Positions 1 to 22,756 of a stretch of DNA of 64,000 nucleotides are shown piece by piece (position 1 is the first letter of the stretch; each line of letters starts with the position of its first letter). The stretch is from the human T2T-CHM13v2.0 reference genome, Homo sapiens: NCBI RefSeq assembly GCF_009914755.1, contig NC_060935.1. One strand, written 5' to 3'. The notes below the pieces were generated by a model, which saw only the letters and a list, made by a program, of their open reading frames with translations, made no database searches and was not told the origin of the DNA. Made by a program: the position numbers and the translations under genes.

Positions 1-899
1 GGTGTGAGGGGCCTCCTTAGGCAGGGGCTGTGGTTGGAAGGAATAAGGAGAATGCCCAGGCAGGAGAGCATGGTGTGTGGAGGGCAGGCTGGTCGGGTGG
101 GAGGGGCTGCAGAGCTCCACTGGGTGGGCTAGCTGAGGGAGTGCACCTTAGCGTGGAGTATAAGGCTTGTTCTGCCTCATGGTCACTCAACACCTCATTT
201 ATTTCCCATCATTGTGGCCTCCCTGGACCTGACTCTGAGTTTGGGATGGATAGATGCGTTGGAAGGGATCTCTGTGAATTATCTTCCAGTTCCCTAGAAA
301 GCCAGCCCCAGGAGAGGTGCTCCAGCCAGGTCCCTATCTGCATGGTGGTTTTGCGTATGTTTGCTTACCACAAATATATGGTAAGGTTTCCTCACTAAGG
401 TTTAATGGGCTAAGGTTTCCTCACTCTGACTACAGCAAAATAGATGCAAAGTTTGAAGAGAGGCCCTCTGCATTGGAGGCAAAGGCTGAGGAGACACAGA
501 CCTACACACACACACACCCCCCCTCACTTTCATGCAGAGGTGGTAGGCAGAATGAAGGCTCCCTGGAGATACCCATGTCCTAATCCTATGGTGTGTATCC
601 TACCTGGCAAAAGGGACTTTGCAGATGTGATTAAGGTTAAGGACTTTCACATGGGGTGATTATCCAGGTGGGCCCAATCTATTTACATGAATCCTTAAAA
701 TCAGATAAAACTTTCCCAGCTGTGGTCAGAAAACAAGACGTGACAAGGAAGAAGCATCAGAGAGATTCTACATTGCTGACTTTGAAGATGGAGGAAAGGG
801 CCATGAGCCAAGGAACACAGGTGGCCTCTAGAAGCTGGAAAAGGCAAGGAAACGGATTCTCCCCTAGGGCCTCCAGAAAGACCTACTGTCACCCTAATT

Positions 900-1204
<305 letters not shown>

Positions 1205-1325
1205 TAAATTGAGACGCATGTTACACTTGTAACCTGCAGAACTGTAAGTTAATAAGCTTGTGTTGTTTGCTGGGCACAGTGGCACATTCCTGTAGTCCCA
1301 GCTACTCGGGAGGCTGTGATAGGTG

Positions 1326-1486
1326 TGTTACTGGATAGTGCTCTGTAATTTCAGGCTCTTGGTGTCCTGAACAAAGAACTGGACCAGACACACACAGATA
1401 TTAAGCACAGTATTACACTCTTAGAGGGGGAGAGTGGACTGACCTCTGGCAGATGAGATCAACATTAGTTTTGTGTACTCTGGGTC

Positions 1487-1538
<52 letters not shown>

Positions 1539-1964
1539 CTCTTCCCAAGGCTGCCTAATCTCTAGCCAGTGTCTGCCTTTTTGATTGATAGATGTGTTGC
1601 TTAGTTACTTTGGCCCTTGTGTGTCACCTCCATCCCATAATTTTAAGTACATGAGTGATTTGCAGTCCATATGCATGAGCTTCAATGAGCTAATTACCAA
1701 ACGGGGTCATTTTAAGGATACTTTTTCTCTTTAATGTGCATGCCCATCTCTGAGGAGCTGCCCGCAACAGGTTTGGTCCGGATTTAGCCCAGATGGGGGC
1801 TTCTTTTTCACTTTTGTTTTGGCTGTTCTGGTTTTTATCTCGCTTCTTGCTCACCTGCCCCTTCACCTGGCTTCTGCTCCCTGCTTTTACTCATTCTGCC
1901 CTTGATCCAAATTTTAATTCCCTTTGCTATTCTCCTGCTGTATTTTCCCTCTTCCCCTGCTTCA
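1326..1964 (-). mobile_element. ERV1 (MER4-group-like) solo LTR containing a (TG)n tract at ~1489-1536
   Basis: TG...CA ends; interrupts an Alu monomer (1269-1325 / 1965-2035); near-TSD ggtg/ggag. Confidence 0.65.
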
Positions 1965-2628
1965 GGAGGATCGCTTGAACCCTGAAGTTTGGGACCAGCC
2001 TGGGCAACAGAGCGAGACCTTGTCTCAAAAATCAATTAATTAATTAATTTGTGTTGTTTTAAGCCACTTAGCTTGTGGTAGTTTGTTATGGCACCAACAG
2101 AAAACAAATGCACAGGTACACACGTATATCCTCCCACCCTGATAGACAACCACAGTCATACACGCTCAGGCAGATACAGGCAGGGAGACCCAGGAACATC
2201 AGCTGGCCCTAAGTGGGGGCTGGGGAGAAATGAAGCTTCAGGTGTGTGCTGCGGGGTGGGTGGTAAGGCCTGCTCCTTGGCTGGTGTGGAGAAACTTTGA
2301 CCACATTTCTCAGTCTTAACTTTGCTCTGCTTCCTCTCAGTCCTTACGTCATACTTTTAGCAACCTTTACAACAACATTTTGTCCTAAACCCTGTTGCAA
2401 ATACATGTATGAACCTCAAAGACTATATATTAAATGAAATAAGCCAGTCGCGAAAGGACAAATACTGTAGGATTCCACTTTTCTGAGGTTCCTGGAGAAG
2501 TCAAATTCAGAGACAGAAAATAGGATGGTGGTTTCCAGGGGCTGGGGAGTAGGGAGTTATTACTGTTTTGGTATTTTTTTGTTTTTACAGATATCCTGTT
2601 TCTACTTAAAGAGTTATTACCGTTGTCA

Positions 2629-3498
<870 letters not shown>

Positions 3499-4174
3499 TT
3501 AATGTGAGTGTACTGAACTGGACATGTAAAAATTGTTAAAATGATAATTTTTATTATATGTATGTTGTCACAATTAAAAAAAAAAACAACTTGTAGATTA
3601 GGCACCATTTTGGAGAATGGGTTCGGGGGAGCCTCCAGTCGAACTTCCCCACTGCAGTGCAGCTGGAAACTCAGTAACTGGTTCTCTGACACCTCCCCGC
3701 CACTCCCACCCCAGTGCCACATATCCCCATCTCCATGCCCCACTCCAGTCCAGAGCCATCTATCGCCTGGGCTACTGCAATAACTGGCTAGCTTCCCGCC
3801 ACACCACTTCAAACCATACGTGGCTGCCTAAAACCTTTCCCTGGCTTCCCATTGCTTTTAGCCTGTGAGTTGAAGTCCTTGCCAGGCAAGATCTGCCCCT
3901 GCCTTCCTGTCCACCCTCATCTAGAGCCAACCTCGTCCTTGCTTTCTGCACCCCAACCACACCCCAACAGTTTTGCAGATCTTCAGACCCACTAAAACAT
4001 GTTCTGCCTCAGGGCCTTTGCACAATGCTCCCATTGCCTGGGACTCTGTCCTTCTTTACTGGGTCAGCTCCCTCCATTTTGGTCTCAAGAGAGGTCCCCC
4101 CTGCAGATTAGCTCTGGTGCAAGGAGCACTCTTCCATAGCATCTTCTCTTTTCCTCATGGCATCTCACCTAATA

Positions 4175-4352
4175 CATACACTCACACACACATTTATGTG
4201 TGTGTGTGTATATGTGTGTGTATATATATAAAACATATATTTTATATATAAAATATATGTTTTATATATATAAAATATATTTTATATATAAAAAATATTT
4301 TATATATATAAAACATATTTTTATATATATATATAAAATGTATGGTAAAATA
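4175..4352. repeat. (CA)/(TG)/(TA) and AT-rich palindromic microsatellite
   Basis: Repeated ttttatatataaaa units. Confidence 0.9.
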
Positions 4353-4381
4353 TATGTAACAAAAAATTTACAATTTTCACC

Positions 4382-4714
<333 letters not shown>

Positions 4715-5419
4715 TAAGTACATTCACATTGTGTGTAACCATCACTACATCCATTCCCCAGAACTCTCATCTTTCCCAGCTGAAACTCTGTAATTAAACA
4801 GTAGCTCCCCACCCAGCCTCCCCAAGCCCCTGGCACCCACCATTCTACTTAGTCTCTATGAATTTTTACTACTCCAGGTACCTTAAATGGAATCATACAG
4901 TATTTTTCTTTTTGTAATTGGCTTATTTCACTTAGCATAATGTCTTCAAAGTTCATCTATGAAGCTGTTGTTGCATGTGTCAGAATTTTCTTCCTTTTTA
5001 AGGCTGGGTAATAGTCATTTGTACATATCACATGTTGCATATCCATTCATCTTTTGATAAACATTTGGATTGTTTCCACTTTTGGGCTATTGCAAATAGT
5101 ACTGCTATAAAAATGATTGAACAAATACCACCTATTTTAACTATACATCTAATTGTGTGCTTATTCGTTTAAATTGTGCCTCTCTTCCTCATCTCTGGGC
5201 ATCACAAGTGTTCACCAGCATATCCTCAGCACCCAGCACAGTACCTGGGCATCAGTATTCAACAAGTATCTGTTGAATGAATGAATGAGACACCAAAATA
5301 TACCTACTGGACATATACAGTGTCTGTAGTGTGTAAGGAAGAGCAGAGGACTTGAATCTGGGGCCCAGCTCATTGATTCCTCATTGCGTGCTCTGACCTT
5401 GACCAAGGCCCTTCACCTT

Positions 5420-6008
5420 TGTAAACCAAAGAGTATCTGAGACAAATCTCAACCAATTTAGGAAGTTTGTTTTGCCAAGGCTAAGCATGCACCCATGACA
5501 CAGCCTCAGGGCGTCCTGACAACATGTGCCCAAGGTGGTTGGGGCACAGCATGGTTTTATATATTTTAAGGAGACATGAGACATCAATCAATATATGTAA
5601 GATGTACATTGGTTCAGTCTGGAAAAGTGGAACAGCTTGAAGTGGGGGTGGGGGTCTTCCTGGTCATAGGTAGTTAAGAGATAACCATTTGCATTCTTTT
5701 GAGTTTCTGGTTAGCCTTTCCAAAGGAAGCAATCAGATATGATATGCTTTTATCTCAGTGAGCAGAGAGATGACTTTGAGTTCTGTCTATTCTTTGTCCA
5801 CAAATTATGAGGAAGGTGTGTAGTTTTTTTTCTTTTTAATCTTAGTAGCTATTTTTCTTGGAATAGAATGTGAGGCAGGTTTGCCCTAAGCAGTTCTCAG
5901 CTTGACTATTCCGTTAGTAATTGACTTGGTCTTAGTAATTGACTTTTCCCATAGTAATTGACTTGCCCTTAGTAATTTTGGGGCCCTAAGATTTATTTTC
6001 CTTTCACA
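5420..6008 (-). mobile_element. MER4-family solo LTR
   Basis: tgtaaaccaaa...ttttcctttcaca ends with 4-bp TSD cctt; MER4 motif gacacagcctcagg...acatgtgcccaaggtgg. Confidence 0.8.
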
Positions 6009-6256
6009 CCTTCAAACCTCAGTTTCCCCATGTGTAATGTAGGGGCACTATCAGCCCCACAGAGTTCTTGTCAGGGTCAAACGAAACAATACATGTGATA
6101 AGGTTCGGCTTCTGACCCAAGGAACTGCTCAGTGACCTAATCTAGAGGCCTTGATCTAAGTACTGAGGGAGAGAGGAGGCTCCAACTGGGGGAGCTGACT
6201 GACTGGATTCGAATCCAGCCCAAGGTCTGTTACCCATCCTCTGGGGACCTTGGCTC

Positions 6257-6682
6257 TGTATTCATTTCCTGTAGCTGCTATAACAAATTACTACAAACTT
6301 CTTGGCTTAAACCACACAGATTTGTTATCTTTCAATTCTGAAGGTCAGAAGCCATAAATCAATGTGTCAGCAGGACTACATTCCTTGTGGAAGCTTCCAA
6401 GAACAATCAATTTCCTTGCCTTTTCCAGCTTCCAGAAGCCACCTGCATGCCTGGGCTGGTGGCCTCCCTTCCTTGTGTCCCTCTAACCTCTTGTTTCCAC
6501 CTTTATGTGTCCTACTACTCTCTCTGAGCTCCTGCCTCCCTCGCATCAGGATTACATCAAGTCCATTCAGAAAATCCAGGATCATCTCCCCATCTCAAGA
6601 CCCATTTCTTAATCACATTTGCAAAGTCCCTTTTGCCATATAAAGTAGCATTCAGATGTTCCAGAGATTAGGACGTGGACAC
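6257..6682 (-). mobile_element. MLT1 LTR
   Basis: tgtattcatttcctgtagctgctataacaaattac start and ccttttccagcttccagaagcc motif. Confidence 0.7.
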
Positions 6683-6956
6683 AGGTACCATCTCTCTCCC
6701 ATGTGGGCCTCAGTTTGCATTTTAGGAAAATAAGAGCATTGGTCATGCCCTGTCCTCCCTGTCACCCTTGCTCTGTGGAGTTCTACCTGAGGCAGGAATA
6801 TTGGGTGGAGGCCAGAGGGTTGGGTCCTGCCTGCCTGACTACCCTAGCACCCAAATTCTCACAATCTTGTCACCAGCAGTTATAGCCCCAGGGCCTGGCT
6901 GTCCCCCAACCCGTGTTCCAGTGCCCCACTGTTCCCTTCCATTTCCTGGGTGCTTC

Positions 6957-11480
<4,524 letters not shown>

Positions 11481-13475
11481 CTTTTACCCTTCTGTCCACA
11501 TGTTCACAATTCTTTCCCCTTCTCACTCCATCCTTATTCCACTCTCAGCCTTCCTCATCTCAGTAAATAGCCAAGCACTCCTCTCTAATTGCTCAGACCA
11601 ACACACTCTGGAGTCATCCTAATTCCTCCCTTTCTCTCATGTCCTCCATCTCAGCAAATCCTATCAAAACATCCTTCAAAAGACATGACATTACTCCTCC
11701 CTTTTCACCACGTCCACTGCCACCACATAGCCCTGGTTCAAGTCATGGTTGCCTTAAGGCTGGGCCATTCACATAGACATCTGTGTCAATTGTTTGCTTT
11801 CCCTTGTCCCTAGAGTCAGATCAGATGCTGAACTGGAAAAAGCAAATAAAGTTTCCATTTCATTCAGAGTAAAATCCCCCATCTTTGCTGAGTCTGAACC
11901 ACGGGGCCCTGAAGATCTGGCCTGGACCCCACACCTGCCGCTCCCAGCTCACTGCTGGCCACACTGGCCTCCTCCTCGCTGTTTGTTCCTGAAATGCACT
12001 GAGTACATTTTTGCTTCAGGGCCTTTGGACCTACGGGTCCCTCTGTCTGGAGCACTCCTTCCTCCATGTTCACATGACTCCCTTCTTACCTCATTATGGT
12101 ATCAGCCCAAGCATCACCTCCTAGATCTTTCCTGTAGAAGATAGTAGCCCCTGCTTCATCACTCTCTGTCCCCTTAGCCTGCTTCAGTTTTCTTCAGAGC
12201 ACAATCATCATCTTTATTTGTTTTCTGTCGTCTCTCTCTAACAACCTCCCACCCCCAAACTAGAATGTCAGCTCTATGACAGTAGGGACTTTTTCTTGGT
12301 CACTTCTGTAGCTCTAGAACCCAGAACAGCCTAGCACATGGTAGATGCCCAATAACTAATTCTGAGCTTAGTTTTTGAATGAATCCCCACTTCTACCCTC
12401 CTGGTCAAGGCACCATCATCCCAGGCCTGGACTTGTGAAACAGCTTTCTAACTGGTCTACCTTGCCCAATTCCAGCCTACACGTAATCCCATCTGAACAC
12501 ACCAAGACTGCCAATTGAACTGTGACATTCCCCTGCTTAAAACTCTTTCACTGTGACCAGTTGTAGAAACAACATTTTGTTTATCCATTTATCCATCCGT
12601 GGACACTTGGGTTGCTTTCAACTTTTAGCTATCGTGAATTAATGCTGCTGTGAATATGACTGCACAGATAGCTGTTTGCATCCCTGCTTTCAATTCTTTT
12701 GGGTGTGTGCGCACAAGAGGAATTGCTGGATCATATGGTAATTCTATGTTTAATTTTTTTTCACAGCATCTGGACCATTTTACATTCCCCCTCCACTAGA
12801 TATGTTATTATATACAAAGGTGGACGGCTATACAAGGACATTCCCTACAGCATTGACTATAACAGTGAAATATGAGAAGCCACTTAAATTCAATAGAATA
12901 ATGAAATAGAATCATATAGATCTATGTACACAGATAAGGGACCATCTATAGTACATTCTGTTAAGTAAAGCAAGCAAAGTGAGCTGGGCACAGTGGCTCA
13001 TGCCTGTAATTCTAGCACTTTGGGAGGCTGAGGTGGGAGGATCACTTGAGCCCAAGACGTCAAGGCTGCTATGACCTATGATTATGCCACTGCACTCCAG
13101 CCTGGGTGACAGAGAGAGACCCTGTCAAAAAGAAAAAGAAAAAAGAAAAGAAATCAAAATGCAAGGGAATTAGGGGTTATTCTTCTTCCTGAGGACTGGT
13201 GCCATGGCATCCAGAGAAAGAACATTGGTGGGGATACTGATGAAAAAGAATAAAGTTTGTAGATTAGTTAAAAGTATTCCCTTAATGTTAATTTCCTGAT
13301 TTTTTAAGTAATTGGGCTTTGGTTTTGTCAGATGCCAACATTTGGGGAAACTGGATGAAAGCATATGGGAAACCTCTTTACTACTTTTGCAATTTTTCTG
13401 TTAAGTCTAAAATTATCTCAAAACACTAAGTTAAGAAAATCAAATAAACTTGATGTCTTAAAACAATACCAATTA

Positions 13476-13780
13476 GGCTGGGCGCAGTGGCTCATGCCTG
13501 TAATCCTAGCAATTTGGGAGGCTGAAGTGGGCCGATAACCTGAGGTCGGGAGTTCGAGACCAGCCTGGCCAACATGGTGAATCCCCACCTCTACTGAAAC
13601 TACAGAAATTAGCCTGGCATAGTGGCATGTGCCTATAATCCCAGCTACCTGGGAGGATGAGGCAGGAGAATCACTGGAACCGGAAGGCAGAGGCTGCAGT
13701 GAGCTGAGATCACACCACTGCACTCCAGCCTGGGGGACAGAGCAAGACTCTGTCTCAAAACAAAACAAAACAAAAACACA
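13476..13780 (+). mobile_element. Alu (S-type)
   Basis: Alu consensus with (CAAAA)n tail. Confidence 0.88.
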
Positions 13781-13885
13781 ATACTTATTTACTTATACTT
13801 CAAGATTTTGTGAGTTTAATTATACTTCAAGATTTTGTGAGATTTTGCCCAAGAATTTGGGCAAGACTCATGATTGGCCCATCTT

Positions 13886-14161
13886 GGCCGGGCGTGGTGG
13901 CTCACCCCTGTAGTCCCAGTATTTTGGGAGGCCTAGGTTGGAGGATTGTTTGAGCCCAAGAGTTGAAGACCAGCCTGGGCAACATGGCGAAACCTCCTCT
14001 CTACAAAAATACAAAAATTAGCTGGGCGTGGTGGTGCGTGCCTGTAGTCCCAGATACTCAGGGAGGTTGAGGCTGCAGTGAGCCATGATGGTGCCACTGC
14101 ACTCCAGCTGGGGTGACAGAGTGAGACCCTGTCTCCTAAAAATAAAAAATAAGGTAAAATA
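13886..14161 (+). mobile_element. Alu (J-like) inserted in the 5' end of the RPE retrocopy
   Basis: TSD gattggcccatct at 13872-13884 and 14164-14176. Confidence 0.88.
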
Positions 14162-14792
14162 AAGATTGGCCCATCTACCCTCAACAGTTGCCTGGACTCC
14201 CTGGGGCTCAGTGCACCTAGATGCTGGACTCGGATAACCATCTGATCTTTGATGTAGTGGACAGACACTTTGTTCTTGCCATCATCTTTGGTACCTGAGA
14301 TAGAAAGCCTTAAAGAGAGGCCACGCCCATGATTAAGTTTCAGGTCAAAACAACGAGCAAAAAGGCAACGGCTATAGTTGTAGGTGTAGCAAATCAGTGT
14401 GCCTTTTATCTAGAGGCTACTGAAAACCAGACATTCATTAAAGATATTCTGGTCACTTGGATGAAGGCTGGCCTTGGCATTCACCTGAATCTTTAGTAGA
14501 GTCTTTAGCACCATTGGCAACTCAGCCAGACCTGGCCTTGGCCACGATAGTGGAGCCTGGGATTGGAGGGCATGAATTTTATGAAGCCTGTAATATCAGA
14601 AATTCGTTGGTTGAGGACATACCTCTTTCTTTTTGGACCCTGTGGGCGTAATGCTATTGATACATGTGCAGAGGAGGAATTAATATGACTGTGATTGACA
14701 GAATAATTATGAAGTGCAAAGACCTCAGATCTGTGATCAGCTTCCATAGAAGTATTTGCTCAGAAGCTTCTCAGAAACATTCTCATGATTGA
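14162..14792 (+). pseudogene. RPEP6: Processed pseudogene of ribulose-5-phosphate 3-epimerase (RPE)
   Basis: Intronless, frameshifted fragments match human RPE: KIGPSTLNS (KIGPSILNS), VGVANQCAFYLEATEN (VAGANQYTFHLEATEN), DLALATIVEPGIGGHEF (DMALVMTVEPGFGGQKF), DLRSVISFHRSICSEASQKHSHD (DPRSVINLLRNVCSEAAQKRSLD). The pseudogene number is from memory. Confidence 0.88.
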
Positions 14793-16426
14793 AGAAGCCT
14801 TGAAGAGCCCGTATTTCTGTCTATGAAATCTCCTGTTTATTGTACTATGAGGACCCATCAGAAAGTAACTGAGGTAGTGCTGATTTCCTGAGCAATTATT
14901 CAGTCCACTGTCTCAAATCCATCATGCAGAATGTTCACAGAGGGTAAAGTAAGTTTGACTATTATAACTACTCACTTTTATAAGTGATTTAATTTAAAGA
15001 TTAATATGATAAGTACTCTGTTTTTCCTGGGAATTTTGTTGTAGAAAGAGTAACTGCTGTGTGGCTAAACTAAGGTTATAAGCCAAATTGTTTCCTCAGA
15101 GTTTAAGAAACACAATACTAACTCTCATGGGTTTACTAGTTGTCTGTTGCTGCATAACAAATCATTCCATAATTTTGTGGTGTATTGCTGCAGACAATGT
15201 TAAACTAAGTGGATGAAAAGGATATTCACATAGTCTCAGAGTGTCTCCCTACAAGGTAGGATTACTAACAAAGGGAAACTAATAATTATATAGTAAGGAA
15301 ATCTCCTTAACCCAATAATCACCAGCAATAAGATGCAGCAACCCTCATCATGTACCTCTTGATATGATGCACTGACAAAAGCACCTCTCTTCTCTAATTT
15401 TCTTGCCAAAATGCATAAGCTCAAGCTAATTACAGGAAAATATAGACAAACCCAAATTGAGGGACATTCTGCAAAATAACTGAACAGTAATTCTCCAAAA
15501 GTGTCAAGGTCATAAAAGACAAAGACATTGAGGAACTGTCACAGATTGGAGGGAGACTAAGGGGACATGACAACTACATGCAACCTGGAATCATGGACTG
15601 AATCCTGGGCCAGAGAAAGGACATTGGGGGGGAAACTGGTGTAAAGGGCATAAAGCTTGTAGATTAGTTAACAGTATTGCCTCAATATTAATTTCCTGAT
15701 TTTTTTAAGAACTGGGCTTTGGTTACATAAGATGCCAATATTTGGGGAAGTTGCATAAAAACATACGGGAAATCTTTTGACGATGTTTTGCAGTTTTTCT
15801 GCAAATCTAAAATTATTTCAAAACAAAAAGTTTAAAAATCAAATACACATAGTTGCTTGAAATAGTAACTATTTTATTATATTCCAAGATGTTGTGAGTC
15901 AGGAATTTGGCCAAAACTCAGGTGGGCGATTCTTCTGCAAAGACCCCCACAACACATTCAAAGTCACAGGCAGAGGTTGTTGGGGGAGGGCATTGAAAAG
16001 AAGAGAAGAGTCATAGGTGGGTGCAATGGAGGGAGGGCAGAGGGCTGCTGACTATGGTGCAGGACTCATCCATAATGGAGCCCTGGGGAGGCAAGGGCTT
16101 CATAACTAGACACTGGTCTTGTCACCTCAGACTCACCTGTAGCAGGACCAGATACTGAGGTCAGACTGAAAACACAGGCTCTGCCTCAGGAGAGGCTCTC
16201 TACTAGCTGAGTAAATGATGACAGTATTGGAAATGTTCCCAACATCATAATGGGAAAACATCACTTCACACTACATAAGCAATACACAGGGGCAGTGCCG
16301 GTCGTCTTCCCAGGTTAGTAGCAGTTCTACTGCCTCCAAGAGTGTTGGAGAAATACAAACCAAGCATTAGGCACTTTTAACTTGAAAACATGAAGTTCTC
16401 TTTCCTAACTTTCTTTGTTTCCTTAT

Positions 16427-16478
16427 TTCTTCTTCTTCTTCTTCTTCTTCTTCTTCTTCTTCTTCTTCTTCTTCTTCT

Positions 16479-16524
<46 letters not shown>

Positions 16525-16555
16525 TCTTCTTCTTCTCCTTCTCCTTTTCCTTCTT
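16427..16555. repeat. (TTC/GAA)n: 25 pure units + CTC + 6 units + degenerate units, in the tail of a minus-strand Alu (to ~16836)
   Basis: Direct count over 16427-16501; poly-F/L/E ORFs in the track. Confidence 0.95.
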
Positions 16556-17479
16556 CTTTTTTTGCTGAGACAGGGTCTCACTCTGACAGTACAGTGGTGC
16601 CATCACAGCTCACTGCAGCCTCGACCTCCAGGGCTCAAGCAATCCTCCCAGCTCACCCTCCCAAATGGCTGAAACTACAAGCTCGCACCACCATACGTGG
16701 CTAATTTTTCTATTTTTGTGTGCAGATGAAGTTTTCCTATGTTGCCCAAGTGGTCTCAAACTCCTGGGATCAAGTGATCCATCCACCTCAACCTCCCAAA
16801 ACGCTGGGATTACAGGTGTAAGCCACCACACCCAGCCCACTAACTTTTTTATATCGGCTAATGAAATAGTTTTAAGTTTAGACCCTACGAGGCATAAAGA
16901 AATAATTTTAGTTATGTTATCAGATGTACAGTAATACTCAAGTGTGCAACTGTGGATAACTTGAGTTCATGAGGTTTTTGTTTTTTTGTCAAAAGAATAA
17001 ATTTATAGTGAAACTACCCAAAAAAGCAAAGTACAGAACAGTATGCTACCATTTGTGCACAGAAATGGGATATATATGGTGTAACTGCATCGAATTTACT
17101 GGATGTATGTCCAGGGACCAGAACTCTTGGTGGCTTCATGTTCATACTTTTGCAAGCACATGTGTAGTATCCTTAACTTAAAGGTACTGTTGTATACATT
17201 CTAGTGTTATCAAAATTTACATACATATTATCAAGTCAGAGAGGTCATTCTGTGTCTTAGTATTTTCACTTCATATTTGGTATATTTATGTATGTATACA
17301 CACATACCTATATGTATTTAAATAAGATTTATAGTCACATGGTCCAAAAATCAAAACAATGTGGAAAGGTTTACAGAGAAAAGTCTCAAGCCTAATCCTG
17401 TTCTCTACTGCCAGGTGACCATGTTATTAATTTCTTTTCATACCTTGCCACAGAATTTTCACCTGCAAACACAGATATT

Positions 17480-17769
17480 CTTTTCTTTTTTAATGACAGA
17501 GTCACGTTCTGTTATCCAGGCTGGAGTGCAGTGGCGTGATCTTGGCTCACTGCAAACTCCTCCCGGGTTCAAGTGATTCTCCTGTCTCAGCCTCCTGAGT
17601 AGCTGGGATTACAGGCATGTGCCACCACACCCAGCTAATTTTTGTATTTTTAGTACAGATGGGGTTTTATCATATTGACCAGGCTGATGTCGAACTCCTG
17701 ACCTCAAGTGATCCGCCTGCCTCGGCCTCCCACAGTGCTGGGATTACAGGCGTGAGCCACCACGCCCAG
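17480..17769 (-). mobile_element. Alu specific to duplication copy 1
   Basis: TSD aacacaga(t/c)attc; empty site at ~53915-53925. Confidence 0.88.
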
Positions 17770-18489
17770 TCAACACAGACATTCTTACTCCTTTTTTACA
17801 GAGAATTTATTATTATTATTTTTTACATAGCATTTTTCTGCACCTTTCTTTTTCCACTTAACAATGCACTTGAAGATTTTTCCATATTTGTACATCAGGA
17901 GCTTTCTCTTTCTTTGTTACCACATTAAATTCCACTGGGTAGATGTACCATAATTTAACTGGGTCCTTATTGAAAGACAATTGAGCTGTCTCCTAGACAA
18001 AGCCTTGTGCACCTTCCCTAACAGAGGGTCTAACCAAGCAGGCAGGATGGGGTTATAAAGTAGGTGGGGAGGTGGGAGAGACTCCACCTTCCCAGGTGGG
18101 CTGAGAATGGAGGTAAGGCCCTGCAACAGGACAGAGGGAAAAGTGGGGATGAGAGGTGGGAGGCGAGATAGCGCCCACTGTTCTCGCTCAGCCCCCTCCT
18201 CCGTTTGCCGCTGACCTGTTGGCCTCCCCCAACCTCTGAGCCTGCCTCTGCCTAGGTAATTTCCCAAGACCCAGAAGGGGTGAAGGGTGAGGTGTGATTG
18301 CCCCCACCTCCTTGCCTCCCGCAGCATCTGCTCCGGGACCATGAACAATAGCTGACAGCTCCATGGCCCTTGCTGTCCCCATCTCAGCTTCCCTGGGCAT
18401 CTAAACCTCAGCTGCCATGGGGTAGGAGGACAGGCTGAGGAAGCAGAAGCCTGAGGCTGTCTAGAGTCTCACTCCTGCATCAGCAGGCC

Positions 18490-18660
18490 ACCACCTGTGG
18501 TTCCTCCTTGTGCAAATTTGAAAAGAATTGCATAAAACACTGGAGAAATCCAAGAGGGGAAGTCCACAAGGGCGGTGGCTCCCTACAAGGTCACAGAGCA
18601 AGCTGGTGTCAGAGCCTGGACCTACAGCGCTGTTGGTGGAGGTCCTGCCTCCAGGTAGGG
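18490..18660 (+). promoter_or_regulatory. FOLR3: Probable FOLR3 proximal promoter and non-coding first exon (donor after 18654)
   Basis: RUNX TGTGGTT 18496-18502, C/EBP-type TTGTGCAAA 18508-18516 and ATTGCATAA 18527-18535, ETS/PU.1 AAGAGGGGAAGT 18552-18563, GC box GGGCGGTGG 18570-18578; ccag|GTAGGG donor ~180 nt before the coding-exon acceptor. Confidence 0.65.
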
Positions 18661-18838
18661 GAAGGGCTCCCTCTCACCTCTACACGCAGCGCATTTCTTG
18701 GCTCAGCTGCCCTGTAGGGGATGCAGGGTGGGGACAGCAGAGATCTGGGCCTGGGAGGGAGAGAGTACACAATCACATGGCTGTTGCCCCTGTCTCAGGC
18801 CTTGTCTACCTCTGACTGTGGCTCTCTGGCAGGAATAG

Positions 18839-22715
<3,877 letters not shown>

Positions 22716-22756
22716 TCCAAGAAGGGTCCTCTGGGGTTCTTCCAACAACCTATTCT

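Noticed and set aside
5914-5978. Four short tagtaattg repeats with spacers, superficially CRISPR-like
   Set aside because: Degenerate minisatellite inside a MER4 LTR in human DNA; spacers too short and no cas genes.
16367-16704. Poly-E, poly-L and poly-F ORFs
   Set aside because: Translations of the TTC repeat and adjacent Alu.
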